From Calcarisporiella thermophila CBS 279.70 (lineage: Eukaryota > Fungi > Calcarisporiellomycota): a DNA stretch of 64,000 bases. The stretch's first letter is position 1. Each line of letters starts with the position of its first letter. Positions 39,118 through 52,774 of the stretch are shown one piece after another. The translations under genes and the position numbers were made by a program. Location of the stretch: NCBI RefSeq assembly GCF_041956535.1, contig NW_027192216.1:315807-379806 (forward strand). The letters are read 5' to 3'. Below the pieces are notes generated by a model. That model had not been told where the DNA came from. It ran no database searches and was given only the letters and a program-made list of their open reading frames with translations.

Positions 39118-40306
39118 TTACTGAGTTTGTTTTTTAAGAAAGTCGATATATCCCTGGATGACCCGTTCACGGTCCGGCTCTGGCTCGTTGTGCACTGTAG
39201 GGGCGGGAGAGAGGGGGGGGAGGTCAAAGTTGAGATTCGATTTGCCTTGCTCGACCAATGAGGAAACATCGTGGGCATTACTTACATTCGTGGTAGAAGT
39301 CGTCATACGTGACGAAGGTCTTATCGCCCTCGAACTTATCGATGAATTGCTTCGTGTGCTCGTAGGACGTGAGCTGGTCTTTGGTGCCGTGCGTCACGTA
39401 GATTGGAACCTTGATGTCTTTGTAGCGAGAGGTGAGGAGGGCTTTCCCCTCCGACATGAAGTCATCGGCTAACATCCAACATCGGCCGTCAGAAGATATC
39501 AATCTACAGCTTATTGGGGCATGGGGTATTTACCGCAACGCAGCGAGGTTATATTGTGCACCAGCGGGTCGGCGTCATACTTCAGGACCTCTTGTTCGTC
39601 GCGGCTAATGCCCGAGGAGGGCACATTGGCGGGGACCTGGAATGAGCCTATCACTTTAGAGAGCAGAGAGCCGAGAGCCACCACGGGCCGGGGTGGTGCA
39701 GTTTCCTTCGGAACACTATGACGGCAAAATAGGAAACGAAGAGGGGGTCATTGTCGATTCCTTCCACCAATGGAGCCAATGAAAAACCCACACTAGAAGG
39801 GGCGAGCAGGCAATAACTGCCTTGATCTTCTCCTTAAGCTCCCCCATTGCAGCGTAGTTCAAAACTATGGCACCCCCCATGCTGTGCCCCATTAGGAAGA
39901 GCGGCCGACCTGCTTCTTCATCCTCTTTGGTGTACGCGTATTTAATGATGGTGGTGAGATCGTCCAACACGGTCGCATATCCCTTGGTGACGCCAAGCTT
40001 TTTTGATTTTTGGCCAGTCCGTCCAAATCCGCGCTGATCGTACGAAACGACGCGGAAGGATTCACTTGCGAAGCGTGTGAAGACATGATCATAGCGAGTG
40101 CAATGCCTGTAATTACCAAGAAAGGTCAAGTGAGTGTTCCCAGGGCGGGAAGCCGGAAAGAATGCGGAGCATTACTCTCCAAATCCGTGCACAAAAACCA
40201 CGACGGCCTTTGGCGAGGTGGTGGGTGTCCATTCGCGAATATAGACCTCATGCTCATCTGGAAGCAGGATCCATTTTTCGCTGACAAAGTCGGGCAGAGT
40301 GCTCAT
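39118..40306 (-). CDS. Monoacylglycerol lipase / lysophospholipase (alpha/beta hydrolase, Yju3-like)
   Basis: VVFVHGFGEH, YDQRGFG, nucleophile elbow GHSMGG, HGTKDQLT, and FYHELHNEP. Confidence 0.9.
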
Positions 40307-40569
40307 TGTTTTGAGAGGAAGCAAGGGGGAAAAGCAGCAAGGAAGCCTTTGAGCTCGTGGAAATGGTTGGGAAATAAAAGTAACGTTAGCGAAGGACTAG
40401 GGAAATGCGATCTCTCGGCTACTCTTTTAATATTTTCACGAGGCCTTCTTTTCTTCCTATCGCGCATTATTTCAGAATTTGAATTAGAATCCGGTGGTGG
40501 CACATCGGATCGTTTCACTAAGCTTTTATTAAAAAAAAACAACCATGACGCAAAAAATAAGCAAAATTC

Positions 40570-42217
40570 TCAAAGACACTTTTTCTCCACTATAGACGCG
40601 CCGGACTCCTCATACTCCTTCCGTGAGACCCATAGCTGGTGGAAGGTGCCCATGGAGGCGAGGATGGAGCCGCCTAGCCATCCACTGTACTTGCGCTCTA
40701 CCGTGTTTCCGGGCGCATGGATCTTGAACTTTTGCTAAATTAGCCAAATGATCATGTCAGCATTCCATCCTCGATCTGGGAAAATCTTCCCGCATCCGTT
40801 TCAGTTTACCCCAAATGCCAAGTTATACAAGTCCTGGTTGATCCGCTCTGTGAAGCCAGGGAAGAGTGTATTGCCGCCCGTCACCACAATGTTACTCAAC
40901 AGCGATGGCCGCATGTCAATATCACAGCTGAGGGCGCTGTTGAAAATTAACTGTGGGATGCCTACCGCGGATTCGACAGAGCGCGTCTCCTCGTCGGTGA
41001 ACCCGACGACAGGCTTTCTGATGTATTGCTGGGGCTGGAAGAGTAGCTCAGGGACTCGGTAGCGCTCCGAGCCCACATTCATATTATAGCCATCCGGGAA
41101 CTCGTAGGGTCTCTGGGGACGTGCGGATATCACGCTGGATAAAGGGGAAAAAAAGTTTGGTTAGATTGTGCGGATAGAGAAAAATGGGCATGGAAAATGG
41201 TCACTTTTCATCGTAGGGCATCTCTGCAACCTGGCAGACGCTCTCTTTGAATTCATGGATTGTTCTCTGTTTGAAGAAAAAAATAAAGAAATGGGTGAGT
41301 GAGGAGGAGGCATTTTGATTGCCAACCGCGGCATCATCCCCTCACCATTTTCATGTACTTGTGAAAACTCTCTGTGGTATTGGGTCGATCCTTTAGTACG
41401 GCGTTGGCGGGCTGCCCTGGTTCTACAGGGTGCTTTTTCGCCACCAAGTATTGCGGCACCACCTTGACCCCATCCGCCTCCAGCCCCTGCAGGATCTGGT
41501 CGGAGACAAACTCGCCCGCCACTATCTGCCGCTGCATCCCGCGTTGAAGCACATATCCGTCGTACACCGGCACAGCGCTAGTGACACCTCCCCCCGAGGA
41601 GAGGACGAGCGCGGTGGATCGCCCCGTGGCGAAAGCGGTGCACACCGCGTCTCGTGCAAGATAGAAGGCAGGCACATTCAGGGACTCGAATGCGATTTCG
41701 CACATTTTTTCTCTCGCTTCGCGAGGATTCCATGCCGGCTCAACCACCAGCAGCGGGTGCTCTTCTGCCCTTACCCTCAATCTCCCCTTGATGGCATATT
41801 CCCACATTTTCTCCAGTGCATCCCAATCCTTTACTAGTCCATCGCGTCCCACCACCTGTTGGATCTCCATGTTGGGTCTCCAGCATGTAATGTCGCCATC
41901 GCCGAATATGTATTGCTTTTGCTGTTGCTGTGGGGTCGATGCAGTCATAGAGGTGTCACCCTCCGCATCGGTGGGTGGCGCAGAGGCGGACGATGGAAGT
42001 ACACCTGCAAGCGAGGGGAAGACCGCCTTGGGTGTGTCTTCACCGGCGTAGCCTGCCCGGGTCCAGCAGTAGCCTGTGTCTAGGACTAGGGCAGAGATCT
42101 CGTCTAGATTGAATTAAATTAATCCCATTAGATTGGCAGAGCGATGGCCATTAATTTCATCATTCTCATCATTAAGAGGAACAGAATGAAGGTATTACCG
42201 CCTCCGTATGTTGCCAT
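40570..42217 (-). CDS. ARP4: Nuclear actin-related protein 4 (Arp4/BAF53)
   Basis: [51 protein letters not shown], and [25 protein letters not shown]. Confidence 0.94.
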
Positions 42218-42416
42218 GATTCTAGTAGCACAATTTTATAAAAGGGCTGCAAGTGCTGGCGATCTAGTCTAGTTATCGCGTCCGCGGAGACATGGTCTAG
42301 CAGAAGAAGAGTTTTCGACAATTTGTGGCGCAGAAATAAGCCACTTCATTTCAACCATCTTCTCGAGTAAACATGTTGGACGAGATAGACGTTGATCGTT
42401 CTCGTTAAAAAAGTCG

Positions 42417-43249
42417 ATGGCCATGCTGTTACGGACACTCGCAACCGCTCGTAGTCTGGTGAGACCAGCTTATTGCAGAGCCATCAGTTCCATCCCACCT
42501 ACCCAACAGTCACAAAACAGTAATATCCTTTTCAATGCATTTTCTAACCATGATTGTTGAGCATGTATGCGGATTAGATGCGATCGACACACCCGACACG
42601 ACCGAACACGCCCATGCCGCCCTTACAAAAGTTCTCCAGACACTTACTAACAGTAAGATTTCATTTTCTACCCGAGTCCGCGCATCTTATTGATGGGTTA
42701 ATACTAGGAGAAAAGAGTGCGAAGCAGAAGGAACCCGAGCCGCCCGTTATCCGTCACCAGCGCACCTTCGCAGTAGGAGACACATACCGCCCAGAGGATT
42801 TAAATGATATCCAGCAAGGATCACGACGGCAGAGGCGGCCTACCCCTAACGATCCTTTCCGAACCCTTGGCCTCGATCCTCTCAAAGAGTACAAGGTAAC
42901 GAGCAAAAGCTTGTCCTGTCAAGCGTAACTTTCGTTCGGGGGCTAACATGAATTGTGAATGGGATAGAATTTCATGTTACTGTCAAGTTTCGTTTCAGAG
43001 CTTGGAAAAATTCTCCCGCGCGATCAAACGGGCCTTTCATCCAAGCATCAGAGAAAATTGTCAAAGGCAGTAAAGAGAGCGAGAGCTATGGGTAATTTTG
43101 CTTGACGTAAATCCGGGCGGTTTGACACCGGTCTAACCCTCACTTTCCCCTTTTTATCTTCTACCATAGGACTTATCCCGTGTACGCACAAACTACCTGC
43201 AGCCGTGGAAAAGGATTCATACCGACCACGACGTTCCTATGTAAAATAA
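42417..43249 (+). CDS. RSM18: Mitochondrial ribosomal protein bS18m (Rsm18)
   Basis: An Arg/Ser-rich presequence, then [52 protein letters not shown]. Confidence 0.88.
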
Positions 43250-43362
43250 AATAGAATAATAAATTGTGGCTTTTGAATTGGTGGAGATCTGTGCTCACAT
43301 GGAGGCTGAAAAAACTTCCCCACACCAACATAATTCTTAACCTTTTCAAATGGGAACCGGAA

Positions 43363-46300
43363 ATGACAACGAGGCCCAAACGTTCCTCCTTGCGACGCAG
43401 CCTAGGTTCTTCCCAACCCATGCCGAGCAGCTCCAAGCTTACCTATGAATACGCATTACGTTGTGCCATTTTTGCCTCCCAAGAGGAATGGCGCCAGAGA
43501 CAGTCCACTTTAACTAATGAAGTTCCCAACGGAATTCCTAGTTTCCGTAGAGACCCTTTTAGCCCACCCATATCAGCTGAAGAGGGTTGGAGTGGACTTT
43601 CGTCAACCTCAGGTTCCAAATCCGCTGATTTCAGAAAGGAGCCTGAGAATTCTCCTACCTCCAATGAAGTTTCGAGGGAATTTTTACTGGCATTAAGAGA
43701 AAAGTCGGCCTATATCATGGCTAGCCTTGAAAATGTGAAAGGAGAAAAAGAATTCCAGTGCAGCCTCCAGCATTTCCAAAACGATGTTTTCCCAATTCTG
43801 GAAGCTAATCCATCAGTTACTGTGGAGGAATTGATGGCAGGTTTTGCGAAATGCTGTACAGAAGGAGAAGGCTGTGCAAGACCGCTGCAATTATTCACGA
43901 AGTTCGTCAAAGAGGTTGGTATCAAAAGCGCAACCATGAGCCAGGAGACAGCGCGGCAGTTGGAAAATTTTATGCAGGAGCACGGACGCGTGCCTGAGGG
44001 AGACAATGAAAATGAATTGTCGGGAGATAGCATGGCGGACATGCCGTTGGTACGGCATGTTGGACGCTTGTTTGAGGTGGATTTAGCGCATTTCTCCAAG
44101 AGAGTTATTGAGCTGCAGTCCATATGCACTGAACAAGTAGGTATTGCTATAATATATTGGGGGAAAAAAGCATGCAAGAAACACCATTATCCCTTTCTAT
44201 GAAAGTGTGCAGAGTATCTAAGAGAATTGCATCTTTATTAGAATGCGCTTGAAGATATCAAGCGACTACTGGATTGTTTCCATCGGAAGAGTCCCTACCT
44301 CAGTCGGACGGATTTTCTTTCTGACGAGGCCTTTGCTATCTGGATGGAGCGAGAAAAACAGCAGTTGAATGGGCTGTTGAACGTATTGGCTCAGCAATCT
44401 TGCACAAGTATTCGATCCCCGACCCAGGTACTACCTGCAACGCTACTCTCTCGGGAACATCTGCCGGCCGATGACCCGGACTCTTGTTTGAAGCGCGACC
44501 ATGTCGATCACAAAGTGAATTCCAAATTTCCATTCTTCTCGGTCTGTAGAACCCTTAATGAAACGGTCGTTTGCCTGTAGACAAGCGAGTTTACCTTTAT
44601 TCCCCCGGACCCTAAGCTTTGCTTGCGCATCTTATTAACCGTATGCTTCAATCATGAGTGCAGTCCTACCAAGCTTGCCTCCGCGCAAAGGCGCATCCTT
44701 CTCCCACACAGCGAAACTCTCCTCAAAGAGTGTGTCGTGCGTTGGCGCCTGCCACCCACCTATCGGCACCTTCTACTGCTCGATCTCATCACCTCGCGTA
44801 TCCCGGACTCGGGACGGTATCAGAAATCCATGGTTTCTCACGCAAAGGATCAGCTAGACACTTTGATGCGCGTGCAAAAAGAGTACGAGTTTTCCTTGTG
44901 GACCGTCAATGAAAGGGAACTCATGCTGCATATATTGGAGGCATTATCTCGGGTTGTGATTGAGCTGTTTGCGAAGGAGATGGAGGGGTATTATAATGCC
45001 TGGAATGAGTGGGTCAGAGAGTTGGAGGAACTGTTGGAGAAGGTCCGAAATCACTCCATCTATCGTGACGGCCATTCCAATGGCGCTGGGAAGGATATGG
45101 AGATCAAAGATATCTTAGCCGAGAGGCTAGAGGGCGCCGCCATCACGCGATATCACCACATTAGCACCGATATCGAGCAGGAGCACGGGGAGGTAAGTGA
45201 GATCGGAAAGATGGTGACCCTGGCGTATAAGCTTTTGGTCGAGTACAAAGTACTTAACAGGCGATTTCCACGGGCCATTCTTCAAGGGTAAACCTACCCT
45301 GTGATACATCGAGGGGGGGGGGGGGGAGGGCAGCTTAGAATTGACGTCTGCATTGCTATGTTAGCCAACTGAATGTCCTGGGCATAGTGCTGAGAAAACA
45401 GATGGCCTATTTTGTCTTGCAATTGGAGTGTGTACAGATGGCTGGAGCCGATAAAGCATTTGATCTGTATCGAAGCGTGGTTCAACTGATGAAGCTCTAT
45501 AGTGCCTTTTGCCCTGAGTAGGTTGATGTTCCATCCACTTTTGTTCGTGGTTGAGTTGTCTTCCAGCCCTTATGTATCGAATATTTGGGGTTTTTCTAAC
45601 AGGGAGGCTGTTGCCTTCAAATTCCGGCTGGAGTCGCACTTCCTCACCACAATCCACCGATATCTTCAGGAGTGCGAGTCGTGCATTCTTGAATGGGTGC
45701 AGAACGCTCTCCAGCAAGACACATTCCACCCATTGCGGGATGAAGGGGCACAATGCTCCTCCTCCATTGTCGACATATTTATCAGCATCCATCAAGTAAG
45801 TAAAAATAAAGGTGAAGAGAGGGCTGTATGCCCCTCCTCCCCCCACACTCCATCGGGATAAACCGAATCCTTTTAGGCCGTAGATTTCATCCAGCAGCTT
45901 GAGTGGCCTGATCCCGCGAAAAACGCCGAGTTCCAGACCCAGCTGGCGCGAATCGCGTGTCGCGCTATGGAGCAGTATTGCGTGCTGATGGAGTATCTTT
46001 TCTCTCAGGATATACAGATGGGGAATCCCGAGTCCATCCTCGACCATCAGGAGGGGGCTGTCCCCGCGGTTGAAGCCAAAAGCTGGGTTTTCCGAGCCAA
46101 ATCATGGGTCCATCCCCCCCACGCCCATACGCAGCCGCTTCATTTAACACAGCAAATGTGCGTTAAGCTGAATGATATTGAAATCGCGCGTCGGCGACTT
46201 GATGAGCTCTATCAACTCATGGGGGTGGATTCCATTGCGAGGGCAAACTCTCTTCAAATGAGGATCAAGAGGGAGCAAAGTCAGCTCTGCGTTTTGAAGA

Positions 46301-47525
46301 TCGTGAAGGGCGAGGGGCTTGGTAAGGGATTGCTGAGCGTTGTTCTGGAGCATGAGGGAAGGGTCATCGCGCGAACGTTGGCAAGATCAGGACCCAATCC
46401 CGTTTGGAATCAAGTCTTTGAAATGCCCCTGGAGGAGGAGGCTGAGATACTTCTCACCGTAGTGGAGAAGGAGAGGTGGGTTGGAGAGGCCAGGGTGAAG
46501 CTCATGTCGGATCCCCCCACTTGGATCACCCTCTTGAATAGCAAAAGCAAGCGTGAGTCCGTCGGTTTCGTCGGTACAGGAGGAGAGGGCCAAGGGCGCG
46601 TTCAGCTGAGGATCCACTTCGAATCCCGTGAATACGACATTCAATCGTGGTTTGCTAAAGCTTTCAGGGTCTTAACGAGGACAGAGGGTGTTATGGTTGC
46701 GGCGATCGTGGAGCAATTTTCGCCAGCCATACATGATAGTTTGTCGCGTTCTGCCATCTCCGGTGTGCTAGCGCCAGCCAGGCGCCTATCATGGCCCAAC
46801 CTTGCCAACCAAGCACTTCATGGCTTGAGCAGCATGACGACGTTAGTGACGACCAGAGCCCCCCTCCATCCACCGTCATCAGGGAACCAATCGTCCATTT
46901 CTGCTTTTGACTGCGAGCAGGCACTGGATCCTCTGTTGGAATACCTTGAGCGCAATTTGAAAATGCTCTGCGACACCCTCCCAAGCAGAGTTATGAACGT
47001 AGTGTTGCTAAGGGTGTGGAAAGAGATCCTGAACGCGGTGGTGGAGATGCTATTGCCGCCTCTAGAAGGAGCCACGATGAGGCCGTTGAGCGAGATGGAG
47101 GGGTTTGTGGTGTTCAAATGGGTGGAGGTATTTTCCCGATAAGCCTTCTTCCATTCTTTCACTAATCCTTTTGTGAAACTCTGCCCCATTTTGAATGGTG
47201 ACTCTAGCTTTTAAAGATATACTTCAACGGAGGCGAGGAAGGGAATGCGATACCTCTAGACCAGCTCGAGTCGCAGAAATACCGCGACATACTACAACTC
47301 TGGCAGCTCTATGACGCTCCAATAGAGGAGCTGCAGAGCGAGCGTCGGGGCGAACGCATGAGGTCAAGGAGAAGGGTCCCCTTAGAATTGGTGCTGAGGC
47401 TGTTGAAGATGCGCCTGGACAATGGCGAGGAGAGGGCGGGGGAAATCTTGGCCCATTTGCGGGGGGAAATGAAGAGGGGAAAGGAAGGGCCCAGAGCGCA
47501 GAGTCCTATGCAAGATGAATCGTGA
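43363..47525 (+). CDS. C2 and Munc13-homology (MUN) domain protein (Yor296w/Git1-like)
   Basis: YEYALRCAI N-terminus, WVQNALQQDTF..SSSIVDIF, QLEWPD, CVKLNDIE.AR..LD, C2 domain (IVKGEGL..GPNPVWNQVF), and LDPLLEYLERNL..RVWK. Confidence 0.8.
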
Positions 47526-47800
47526 ACATTTCTGCGCCACGGCGGCCTCGGACGCGAATTTTCGATCCTCGAGAACAGTATTAGTTAGAGCAGAGGGTCG
47601 GAGAATACGAAAAAAAAATTTTGATGCGAGGGCTTTGAGCGGTGTTTCCTTTATCTATTTTTTTTTTTTCTTTTCCCTTTATCATCCATTCTCTTTGTTT
47701 GTAATTTCTTATTTTCCTGTAGATTCTCCTGCCCATTTTGCCCGTGAGATGTTGAGCCTCCCCTGGTTCTTCTGAATCCATTACTCCGACGGCCGCCGCC

Positions 47801-49869
47801 ATGCACTCCCAGAAGTTGGACACCCCCAATCGCGGTTTTACCGCCGAGTCCCCGAGTGGGTTCTCCCAGCAGGAGAGCCAGTATTTCCGGCTGCTGCTCA
47901 CTTTCATTGGCGGTGATGGGCAACCCATCCATTCCCCTGGATACGAGAAAGTCAACTCAGGGATCATCGCTCCTTCCAATTCTCATTGTTCTGGTAGCAC
48001 CTCAACTCAATCCAATCCCCATTCCATGACAGCAACCCCTATTTCCAATACCACGTCCTCGACGCCTTCATCCGTTGCAACCCCACCTCCACCCCCAGCA
48101 ACGTCCCCCTCCCTTCTCTCTATCAATGTCCAGAGGGAATCTTCCGAGACGACCGCGGAAGATTCAACCAAAGAATGGGCAACGCGACTTTTGCACGAGA
48201 AACTCTCTTCCTCCACCTCCGAAATCACGCTTCAGCCTCCACCGTCATTGCCCATCCCCCTAATGGAACTTCCTCCCACTCCCTCCATCATAGGCGAGCC
48301 AAGACGTGCAAGAATTCGGAGCTTGAGCATGAACATTTTTCGAAATCAGCTTCCGATCTCCCTGAAATCCCCCAAACTCCCCTTGTCTGAACCGCCGCGT
48401 CATTCGCGTGCCCCGTCTATAGCAAGCTCGACGAAGTCGTCCGCGACTGGAAGGGGACTATTGCGGTGGTTTAAGAACATGAGTAGCATCGATCTTGCCC
48501 ACCACCGAGCCACGGACAGCGAGGAATCGGGGGATGAGAGGACGAGGGGGGCTTTTGTGGAGAGGGAGTTGAAGCCCCCCAATGCTCCATTTATGGTTGA
48601 GGCGCGTCAATTTCATGAAGAACCAGCATGTTTTCAACTTTCCGACCACGTCTCCGAAGCGCCGGGGAGAGACGCCAGCGCTGGCGTTTTGACGTCATCT
48701 CCACCCACTCCCTCCGATCCCCACCAGAAAAGAGGCATCCATCGGTCCTGCTCGAGCGTGGATGTGGTGCAGAGTGGGTCTCTGGACTGGTCCTCCGCCC
48801 GTGAGGTTGGCCGGTATGTCTCGCTGAACAACGGGCGGATAACCCAAGAGGAGTTTTCAAGGAGAAGGGCGGCGGTGGACGCGGTGGTGGCGGGGAGAAT
48901 TGGCGAGGAGATTAGAAATGAAAATGTGGGTAGGGTAATCTTCCTTCTTTGTGGCGAGAGCCTAACCTCTTTATTATGCGCCAGATGAGGAATAATCGAG
49001 AGCGAAGCTTTTCGTCCCCATTGCCATCCCTAGCCACCATTCCCGATCATATCAAGTGCATGCAAATCCGGAAGTTTATCGCGCAGGAGATTGTGACGAC
49101 GGAGGAGTCCTTTCTCTCGCACCTCCTCTCCATCCGCACGGTAACCCACCTTGTTTTGTTTATTTATTTTTGCTTTGGCCATTTTCTCATTTCATCGATT
49201 TTCTTACCCCCTTCCCCCCCTCTCTCGCTGTTCTCCGCAGGTGTTTATGGAGCCTCTCTTTCAATCCATCGACACGGATAACCCCCTTGTCAGCTCTCGC
49301 GACCTCAATACCCTCTTTGCACACCTAGAAGATATCATCACCACATCCACCCAGTTTGCCACCCAACTGCGGCAGCTGCGCTCCACCTGGAGCGACCAAT
49401 CCTGTATCGGTGCCTATTTCCTTCGCGTTGATTTCGACGCTTACATAAGATACGCCTTGCACCACCCCGAAGCTCAGCGAGTCCTAAAGCGTGTGAACAA
49501 GCGATTAGTCTATAGGAGATTCATGCAGCAGTCTAGGCAGGAGGCCAACCGGCTGGAGCTGGGCGACCTGCTCATCATGCCCGTGCAGCGGATCACTCGG
49601 TACTGTCTCCTGTTGAGAGGTAAGCGCGATCTTTGTGTGTTCCCTCTTGAATGACGGTTGAGCTGAGGCGGTACTTTCTGTTTGCACCCTCCATATGACC
49701 TCGGTCGCGGTTAGATTTGAAAAAGCACACGCCGCTGGACCATCCTGATTTCGCCGATGTAGAACAGGCTTTGATGGAGGTGTCGGCGGTTGCGATGGCG
49801 GCAAACAATGTCGAGCCGTTAAGCAATTCGAGCAGTGGGAATTCCAAGAGAAGAACGCTATTTTTGTAA
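47801..49869 (+). CDS. Rho guanine-nucleotide exchange factor (Dbl-homology domain) with a long disordered N-terminus
   Basis: RKFIAQEIVTTEESFL, LFAHLEDI, and DLLIMPVQRITRYCLLLRDLKKHTPLDHPD. The stop codon follows shortly after the DH domain. Confidence 0.87.
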
Positions 49870-50309
49870 ATAATTACGAGATGCTTTTCGTGTTTGTTCT
49901 TATTTCTCCCCCCACCACCCTATAATAAATTACGTAAAGATCCTCCCTATGTTGGTTCCTTGCCTATGCAGGATGGCTCCTGATCTCTTGTCCTGATTGG
50001 TGATTGGCCGCGATATATTAAGGGACCGGCCTGAAGTTTAAAGATGGAGCTGCTGTGCTACGTGGGCTACAGCAATCATGTAATATAGCGGCCAAACAAG
50101 CTTTTTTCTACTCATATTTATATTTGTGCATGGGGTGAGAGCTAATAGCGTCTTTGTTCGCCGTGAAGCCGGGTTCTTAAACGAGTCGCCACCCTCCCTC
50201 CCTGATTCCATCCCCTCATCCCCATCCTTTCGCCCCTGCACCCTCCCCCTCCCCCTCTCCCTACCCATTTACCCCTTCCCTACGCCCATCCGCATCTCTA
50301 TACTATATC

Positions 50310-51955
50310 ATGCGTATACCCTTCCTTCTACCGCTTCTCTCCTTAGCCGCTCCATGCTTCGCCGCTAGTCAAGAAAAAAACTCGCTGGCCATCACGGGCC
50401 TCTTCGTGGACATCATCAATGCCACCGCTCTGGAGCATCTCAAGGGCACGCTCAAGAAGCCGGATCCGGCCGTGGTCCCTGCGCTAAAGGCATTCGAGAA
50501 AGGCCTCGAGAAAATCATGAAGAACAATCGGAAATACACGATCACGAAAACGGAGCGTTTGCCACCGAATGGAGACAAGCATTACTACTACAGCTTCGCC
50601 CCCTATTGGTATGTAGATGGGTTTGCTAACACACTGCAGCGCGGCATTGACCTTCACTCGGCACTCATAGGTGGCCCGATTGTAAAAAGGTGAAAAATGT
50701 AACCAATCCCGAAACTCAGTGCCCCTTCAAGCAGCGAGATGGTAAGTGGCGATCTCATTGTCCACCCATGGAGGGAATTGAGCCCAAATCCCATCTATGA
50801 TCCAATGTAGGGCAAGTCAATCCCGATGCAAAGAAGCTTACGGCCGGCTCGACCATGTACCAGTTCATCTCCGACTCCACCAATCTTGCCGTCGCATACA
50901 AGCTGTACGATAAGGAGGAGTATGCGCGGCAGTTTGCGCTTCTCGTCGACACCTTCTTCCTGCAGGAGGACACGTACATGGAGCCCAACCTGACCTATGC
51001 CCAGGTGATCCGCGGCCCTCCCAGCGAGAAGGCGTGGATTGGGCGCGAGGAGGGGATCATTGACACGCGCTATTTGGTGCTGTTCTCCACGGCGGTCCCC
51101 CTGCTCAAGGGCTCCGACGCGTTCACCCCGGAGCTGGACAAGAAGCTGAAGACGTGGTTCCAGCGCTACGCGTCGTGGCTAGAGACCAGCAAATTTGGGC
51201 GCGCGGAGTGCGGCAAGAAGAACAACCACGCGACCTTCTGCTTCGCACAGCGCGCGGCATACTGGCACTACGCGGGAAATGCGGCCAAAGCTCGCGCCGC
51301 CATCAACAGCTATCTGTCCGGGCCGTTCCAGACCCAGTTTGAGTCGGACGGCTCGCAGCCCGAGGAGCTGGCGCGGACCCTGCCGCTGCATTACCTCATG
51401 TTCAACCTCGAGGCCCTGACTGCCCTTGCCAAGCTGGGGGCCCGGCTTGGGGTGGACGTGTGGCACGAGCGCAACAAGAAGGGCGCGGGCGTCCAGAAGG
51501 CGATCGACTTCGTACTGCCGATGGCCCTGAAGACGGCGGAGTCGAACGGCAAGTGGAAGAAGCCCGACAACCCGGCCCTCCTCATCCCCACGCTGCTGGA
51601 TGCCATCGAGGTGTACGGGGATCCGCGGGGCACGTATCAGTCGGCCGTGGAGAAGATCCGCAACGCCACCAACGGCGGCGAGTCCAACAACATCATCCAC
51701 CTGTGGGACATGGAGGAGTACGAGGACACCATCCTGGACTTCATCCTCTACGGCCTGGAATCCGACGACGAGCGCTCGGCCTGTCCCGAGGGCGACGAGC
51801 AGTGGTGCGTCAAGGTCGACGGCAAGCGCGTGCTGCCCAGCCTGGGGATGTTCCTGGATTCGGCCGAAGACGGCGTGCAGCATGTGGCACAGCTGGCCCG
51901 ACGCAAGGCGGAACGCGAGGCCGCCATCGGAGTCTACGACCTTTGGAGATGGTAG
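50310..51955 (+). CDS. Secreted polysaccharide lyase, alginate-lyase (PF05426) fold, PL38-like glucuronan lyase
   Basis: Signal peptide, PPNGDKHYYYSFAPYWWPDC..RDGQVNPD, MEPNLTYAQ..G..EGIIDTR, NNHATF, and QPEELART..HY..FNLEAL. It has two introns. Confidence 0.85.
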
Positions 51956-52774
51956 GGGGGGAGCAGAGGCTACGGTACTCCATGCGCTCCCAGCCTTATA
52001 TCTATTTCACATTGCAAACCAAGCCATCTAATTGTCTGTTTTTATTTTACGCTGAATGTGTGTTTTCCCACCTTGTTCTTCTTTTATTTCCGTCTCTCTA
52101 TTTCCAAGCTTAACATGCTCTATTTGCTCTGTCCACGTCATCATGAGGAGCCTCTGCTGATTTGCCCCAGTCATGTTCCCTCCTCCTCGTCCACCAAACA
52201 GGCAATTTTCACTTTAAACTTGGCACTGCCTCTGTGCTCGGCCATGAACCATGAATAGGGTTTGGGGAGAGAGAGATGGGTTTCCGGGCACATGAGCAAA
52301 GCGAACTCTCCGAGGCTGCATGACGAGCACCGTATCAAATGGCTCGCGTGCAGCTTAGGGTTCGCGGTGTAATGCTGGGCGGTGCACTGCTTTCCCCACG
52401 CCCTATCCCACCGCGTGGAGCAATTCGAGGAGGTTTCTGCTTTATTCGGCATGGGCATTAATAATCGGCCGGGCGGCCGTGAAGGCGTGTCGTCATCCCC
52501 AATCATAATTTCTCATCATGGCCGGAGGCGAGTGAGCAAGATTCATCCAGAACCGCGCAATCCGGTGATCATGCAAAAGGCCAGGCCTAGGTGGTACCAG
52601 CGATGAATCGGCTCAATTAATCCTTTCGCGGCGCGGTTGGCCGCTCAGCAACTCAAATCGTGATATCTCCGCAATAGGCAATCCCTTTTCGCAATATAAA
52701 AGTCCCTCTCCCCCCAATTTTTATGGCGAGGTTTCACCTTATTCTGTATTAATTAATTTAATTCAGTTCTCCTA

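Noticed and set aside
51154-52113. Long alternative-frame and antisense ORFs over the lyase gene (also over CPQ, IML1 and SSN6)
   Set aside because: These are shadow ORFs caused by high GC3 codon bias in the real gene.
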